NCBI GenBank assembly: GCA_039096225.1
Contig: JBBPEB010000002.1
Span: 930,001-994,000, forward strand
Direction: 5' to 3'
Source: Blastocystis sp. Blastoise
Lineage: Eukaryota; Protista; Bigyra: Opalinata
DNA: 64,000 bases
Shown here piece after piece: positions 62,629 to 64,000 of the stretch. The translations under genes were made by a program, and so were the position numbers. Position 1 is the first letter of the stretch. The number at the start of each line of letters is the position of its first letter. The notes beneath the pieces are model-generated. The model saw only the letters and a list, made by a program, of their open reading frames with translations. It was not told the origin of the DNA and searched no databases.

Positions 62629-64000
62629 TTACCATACTTTATAATTATCTATTTAAAATGATTCACCTTCTATGAGCAACTAGTATTTATTAATAACGAG
62701 TATTCTTTATTAGTATTTGAAATACTAAAGTGATTTGCAATATAAGAATTTATATTACTATAATAATCCTATACTATTTCTATATCATCACCCATATAAT
62801 CAGGATAATATAAATAACAACATATACTACTTTTTTATTATTATTATATAATCATAATTGGTTTGAGGAATACGCTGCTTGTTTCTTAAAATAGAAACTC
62901 TATTGAAAATGGTTTCCAACCATTATATTATATATTGAATAATCTTCTAAAATGACAATTATATACAAACTTCATGAATTATCCCAACTTTAATCTGTAT
63001 ATCCTCCAAATATATACATATGGTTGTTATGATCTACATGTTTAATAAGAATCACTGTTACCCCTTTATTTTCATAATAGTTTTGGAATTCATCTTTAGA
63101 ATAAGTATATTCACTTGCTCTTTATATATAGAATAAAAAATATTAAATCACACCTAACTAATAATCTCCTTTTCTTTCCCTTACCAAGTCAATTTTGAAA
63201 TTGATAATCTATATTCTTATTATAAAGAATTGAATAATAAAATTGAGGTTTTATATTTAAATATAATTTTACTTCTCTTCCTTTTTCACTAAATAGTTCT
63301 ATCATTTCTCTCTCAAATAATTCTTTATCAATATCACTTATCTTATCTTCTTCTATATCTATAGTTCCATTATTCACATATTCAGTAATATATTTAATAT
63401 ATTCATATTTCTTGTTCATATATAAACTATCAGTTATATGATTATAATTAATAAATCCATTATCATAATTATTAACATAATTATTCCATAATCCATTCTT
63501 AACTAAATAGTCTTTAATAATATCATTCTTATTTCCATTTATAATTAAAGAAACTTCATCTCCTTCTTCATATTTCTTCATTTTTCGATCTCTTCTTTCT
63601 CTACAAGCAATCAATTCTAAAGGAATGATCAAACCACAAAATTCAAATAAATTCAATAATTCTAATTGTTCCTCATAAGAAAAAGAATTAAAATCTACTT
63701 TCTTTCCATTCAAATAATCTAATAAATAATAAATAAAAGCATCATTACCCCTGTAGTCAAGATATATGAATCCATCATTTGTTCTATATTCTTCTTCACG
63801 TTGATCATCAATAAAAGAGCCTTTTAAGGTATCTAAAACAGATTTCGATATTTGAAATATTGGACCTCTATTCGTAAATCTAATGAAATCAATATCATTA
63901 GCATGATTAGCATCTATATTGACATTCATATCTTCATAATTATTACTTTCATAAATACATTTTTTTCAAATTCATTTCTTTCACCTTCATTTTCAATATA
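62629..64000 (-). pseudogene. BTB-like plus decayed TLDc pseudogene (gene D, paralogue of gene B); 5' end lies outside the window
   Basis: The BTB-like part is open (63189..63929) and very similar to gene B. The TLDc part has TGA for Trp (N*LGK), TAA for Gln (GYTD*SW) and frameshifts, ending in ...DNYKVW*. Confidence 0.85.

Overview
Very AT-rich, intron-dense eukaryotic nuclear DNA. The gene content (O2-independent class II RNR, ADP-forming acetyl-CoA synthetase with an organellar-type presequence, a discoidin/Ig surface protein, expanded TLDc families) suggests an anaerobic protist; a Blastocystis-like stramenopile is my inference, not proven. Most ORF-track entries are exon fragments or microsatellite artefacts, so I rebuilt genes by hand from GT-AG junctions. 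Left half (1-36.2 kb): CZIB-like 5' end, CELF-like RRM protein, GT8-like protein, C2CD5, isochorismatase, a 1637-aa modular surface protein, a 1.3-kb non-autonomous hAT element (73-bp TIRs, 8-bp TSD), monomeric NrdJ, Vma12, CLASP-like, TEX264-like, a multi-ubiquitin-like protein and ADP-forming ACS. Right half (36.4-64 kb): a duplicated cassette made of a BTB-like/LRR gene head-to-head with a BTB-like/TLDc gene across a conserved ~280-bp spacer, followed by a convergent second BTB-like/TLDc gene. The two copies flank a UBR-box E3 ligase and show a 530-bp identical tract, domain shuffling and pseudogenisation. This paired module is the best candidate for an undescribed system. Also notable are introns consisting only of GT(AT)nAG and two adjacent apparently non-canonical splice junctions in ACS.
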